Assembly: GCA_965220745.1 (NCBI GenBank)
Contig: CBDCQT010000009.1
Location: 1-30,529, forward strand
Origin: Alphaproteobacteria bacterium
Lineage (GTDB): Bacteria; Pseudomonadota; Alphaproteobacteria; UBA828
Direction of reading: 5' to 3'
Length of the DNA stretch: 30,529 bases
Part shown: piece by piece, positions 27,727 to 30,529 of the stretch
How positions within the stretch are numbered: position 1 is the first letter of the stretch
How the letters are laid out: every line of letters begins with the position of its first letter
Program-made: the position numbers and the translations under genes
The notes under the pieces: model-generated
Databases searched by the model: none
What the model saw: only the letters and a program-made list of their open reading frames with translations
Told to the model about the DNA's origin: nothing

Positions 27727-29883
27727 ATGAAGAAGACGAAGCTGACTCGCAGTTTGCTGGCGGCGTGCTCGATCGTCGCCCTCTCGGCCGTCATGTACGG
27801 CTGCACTCACAGCGGGGACGATCCGGTGGTGATGGAAGACCCGTCGGAGCCGACGCCTTACGAGACGGCCATGACGGAAATTGCAGCGGCCGATACGGCG
27901 GAGGCAGCTCAGGCGGCCTACGACGAGGTGGACCAGACCGCAATTACCGGCGAAGAGGCCCAGAGTCTTCAGATGGCGCTCGCCAGCCGGCTGGAGACGC
28001 TCGCGACGGCCGCTCGTGAGGAAGCGCAGAAGATGGATCTGGCGGACGCCGCCGACATGATCGACACGTCCGACCTGTCGACTGCGCAAGCCATCGCCGA
28101 CGCGACCACCGCGATCAACGCGCTTAAGGCCGCGATCGCCGCAGCGGTCGACGTCGACGACACGTCGATGTACCAGACGATGGTCGACAACGCCGAGACG
28201 GCCGTGATGACGGCGCAGGGTCATCTCGACACCCAAGGGCGCATGATGGCGCAGCGCATGGCGATCTCGAACGCCGTCACGATGGCCCGGACGGCAGTCG
28301 CCGGGGTCGACGATGACTCTACCGATTCCGAGGTGGCGGCGGCCGACAGCGCGATTACCGCACTTGAGGCTGCGATCGAGGGCGCGGCCGATCTCCCGGC
28401 GGACGATCCCGACGTTGCCAGCGCCCGTGGAACGCTCGCCACGCTCAAGGGCACACTTTCCGTAGCCAAGGATAGCCGGGATGATGCGCTGGAAGACGCT
28501 GACAAAGCGGCGGCGGAGGCCGCCGCCAAGCTGGGCAAGGCCATGCACGCGGCGCTGGGGGGGCCCACTGCGGCTGGTAACGCGCTGGACAACATCGGCA
28601 GGGACACCCCAGCGAATTTTGGCCTGCAGGCTAACGGTACCCTCAGGATTGATGCTGCGGCAAACGCGGGGTCGTTTGCGCCCGTGGGGGGCACAGACAC
28701 TGATCCGGATCCCGTGACACTTGAGGCCGGCGCTTCCCCCGGGGCGCTCGGTTCGTGGAACGGTACAGACTACATGCACATGGAGGGCACCGGCGACGAC
28801 AAGGTGGTCAACGAGGCCCGGGTATACAACAACAAGGGTCCCGGGAAGAGGGAGGCGTTCGCCGATGCCCTTCCTAGTGGTGTGACGATCGCAGAAGCTA
28901 ACGTTGGCGGCGCCGTGCCCGCCCAGATCAGCGATCTTACCACCGCCATAAAGGGGTATATCGCCGTGAACAGCGGCACAACCTTCACAACGGAGCTCGA
29001 TATCGACAAGGTGATGGCCGCCGCCTTCACGCACTCGGGAACGCAGACCCACGCGATACCAGAGCAGCGAAATTCTGTCTCCTTCCGCGGCACTTACGAC
29101 GACGCACCGGGCGAGTACCGTTGCGTTACAGGTTGCTCTTCGACCAACGACGGAACCGGAAGCCCGAGCGGTTTGGGCGGCACTTGGTTCTTCAAGCCCG
29201 ACGCGGGCGCGATGGTGCAACAGCCCGATGCCCACTACCTGTATTACGGATGGTGGGTGAGCAAGGACAATGACGGCATGCCGACGGCGGCCAGCGCGTT
29301 CGTGGGTAGATTTGGGACCGCCGGTGATGACTCCGCCACTGACGATGATGGCCTCAACGCTGGTTGGAGCGGTACTTACACCGCCGGCACCACCCTCACC
29401 GGCTCGGCGAGGTATGAAGGCAACGCCGCGGGCAAATACGCCATCGACAATGTGCTCGACGGCACGGGCCATGGCGGCCACTTCACGGCGGATGCCGAGC
29501 TGACCGCCACGTTCAGCGCTGCTGACGCTGACGATGTGGGTATCACCGGCACGATCGACAACTTCCGGCTCAACGACGGGTCCGACGATCCGGGCTGGAG
29601 CGTGTCGCTGCATCAAACCGGATTTGGGAGCGGCGGGGCGATCGATGCGACAACGGCCACAGCCACCAACGCTAACGACAACAATGCCGACGGCACGACT
29701 TGGTCCTTCGGCGATAACGCGGCGCCGGAGTCCGGCGCCTGGAGCGGCATGATGTACGACGAGGCTGTGACCGGGGATGATGACGACGGCAGCAACATCC
29801 CGACCACGGTCACCGGCACGTTCTATTCCGAGTTCAGCACCATCGGCCGGATGGTCGGGGCCTTCGGCGCTGACAAGCAGTAG
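27727..29883 (+). CDS. Large surface lipoprotein: Ala-rich helical stalk plus TbpB-like handle/barrel (probable Slam substrate)
   Basis: MKKTKLTRSLLAACSIVALSAVMYG-C lipobox; YLYYGWW, LTGSARYEGNAAGKY, GHFTADAELTATF, ITGTIDNF and MVGAFGADKQ. Confidence 0.85.
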   Translation: MKKTKLTRSLLAACSIVALSAVMYGCTHSGDDPVVMEDPSEPTPYETAMTEIAAADTAEAAQAAYDEVDQTAITGEEAQSLQMALASRLETLATAAREEAQKMDLADAADMIDTSDLSTAQAIADATTAINALKAAIAAAVDVDDTSMYQTMVDNAETAVMTAQGHLDTQGRMMAQRMAISNAVTMARTAVAGVDDDSTDSEVAAADSAITALEAAIEGAADLPADDPDVASARGTLATLKGTLSVAKDSRDDALEDADKAAAEAAAKLGKAMHAALGGPTAAGNALDNIGRDTPANFGLQANGTLRIDAAANAGSFAPVGGTDTDPDPVTLEAGASPGALGSWNGTDYMHMEGTGDDKVVNEARVYNNKGPGKREAFADALPSGVTIAEANVGGAVPAQISDLTTAIKGYIAVNSGTTFTTELDIDKVMAAAFTHSGTQTHAIPEQRNSVSFRGTYDDAPGEYRCVTGCSSTNDGTGSPSGLGGTWFFKPDAGAMVQQPDAHYLYYGWWVSKDNDGMPTAASAFVGRFGTAGDDSATDDDGLNAGWSGTYTAGTTLTGSARYEGNAAGKYAIDNVLDGTGHGGHFTADAELTATFSAADADDVGITGTIDNFRLNDGSDDPGWSVSLHQTGFGSGGAIDATTATATNANDNNADGTTWSFGDNAAPESGAWSGMMYDEAVTGDDDDGSNIPTTVTGTFYSEFSTIGRMVGAFGADKQ

Positions 29884-29940
29884 CACCTGACACCAGGAGG
29901 GGCTTTCACCCACCAGACCTTCTGTCCCTCCTTCTTTTCC

Positions 29941-29979
29941 CCCCGGCGTTGGCGCGAAGCTGGCGCCGGGGTTTTCTTT
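29941..29979 (+). terminator. Intrinsic terminator
   Basis: CCCCGGCG...CGCCGGGG stem followed by TTTTCTTT. Confidence 0.7.
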
Positions 29980-30009
29980 GCACCCACCTTCAAGGCCTGG
30001 AGACAAGGA

Positions 30010-30529
30010 ATGGCCGGCCGGACGACTGCGGCGCTTACGGTCGCGATCTGCTTGCCGTTCCTTGCGGGATGCGTCGGCGGGGGTGCGCCCGCAGTCCATC
30101 TCCATGACGACGCGGTTCGGACGGAGCCGCTTGGCACCGTCGGCATCGATAACTGGTCTCCGGTCTTGACGGTCGACAACACGACCTACGTTGGCTCGGG
30201 CGTCGTCGAGAGCTTGGGGATCGCGCTGGCGACTGGCGGACAGGAAGGCATCGAGAGTTTGCGCGCGGGGCGCCATGGCGATACCCGTGTCTTCCACGGC
30301 CGCGTTCGCAACGGCGTCGGCCGCGACAGGCTCGTGCAGTACCTCAGAGAGGACGCGAGGTTCGACGGGACCGACGAGATCGAGCGCTTCGGTGTGCGCC
30401 CGCCCGTGGTGAGGGCCCTGGTCGGCACGAGCGACGAACAGTGGTACGAATTAAGGCTGGCCGTGCAGATGGTCAACGCGGCCCTGCCGAGAGACTACCA
30501 GCTGCGCACCGACACCGCCCGGTCGTACC
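30010..30529 (+). CDS. 5' part of the lipoprotein that continues at 1..878
   Basis: ATG at 30010, MAGRTTAALTVAICLPFLAG-C lipobox. No stop before the window end; the last codons (ARSY) overlap the window start in frame. Confidence 0.8.
   Translation, partial: MAGRTTAALTVAICLPFLAGCVGGGAPAVHLHDDAVRTEPLGTVGIDNWSPVLTVDNTTYVGSGVVESLGIALATGGQEGIESLRAGRHGDTRVFHGRVRNGVGRDRLVQYLREDARFDGTDEIERFGVRPPVVRALVGTSDEQWYELRLAVQMVNAALPRDYQLRTDTARSY
30518..30529 (+). repeat. Terminal direct repeat CCCGGTCGTACC, right copy
   Basis: Identical to 1..12. Confidence 0.95.

Noticed and set aside
27691-30297. 868-aa minus-strand ORF, and similar long antisense ORFs (14218..16455, 11768..13645, 20812..22524, 3458..4816, 26281..27429)
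   Set aside because: Antisense shadows of well-supported genes in GC-rich DNA, with no motifs of their own.

Overview
GC-rich bacterial DNA that reads as one mobile, probably circular (or circularly permuted) element of about 30.5 kb. The first and last 12 nt are identical (CCCGGTCGTACC), and a lipoprotein gene starting at 30010 runs in frame through this junction into 1..878. Contents: (i) two tandem arm-type tyrosine integrases; (ii) a Slam/T11SS-type outer-membrane translocon with three lipoproteins ending in TbpB-like barrels, one fused to a metzincin protease; (iii) an ICE/plasmid-like backbone (DUF2493, toprim primase, ssb, CxxC-repeat protein) with no recognisable relaxase, T4SS or Rep; (iv) a SWIM-SNF2 helicase gene split by a complete 3207-bp IS66-family element carrying a DUF4338/DruA-like passenger; (v) small cargo modules (HigBA plus a hypothetical, a helicase-associated-domain protein, Rpn) downstream of the integrases, separated by progressively decayed copies of the integrase's own 3' end; (vi) three related non-coding sites with 10-bp-phased CGTAG repeats that look like integrase arm/att sites. 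Family calls come from motifs recognised by eye; no database search was run. No tRNA, rRNA or CRISPR array was seen.
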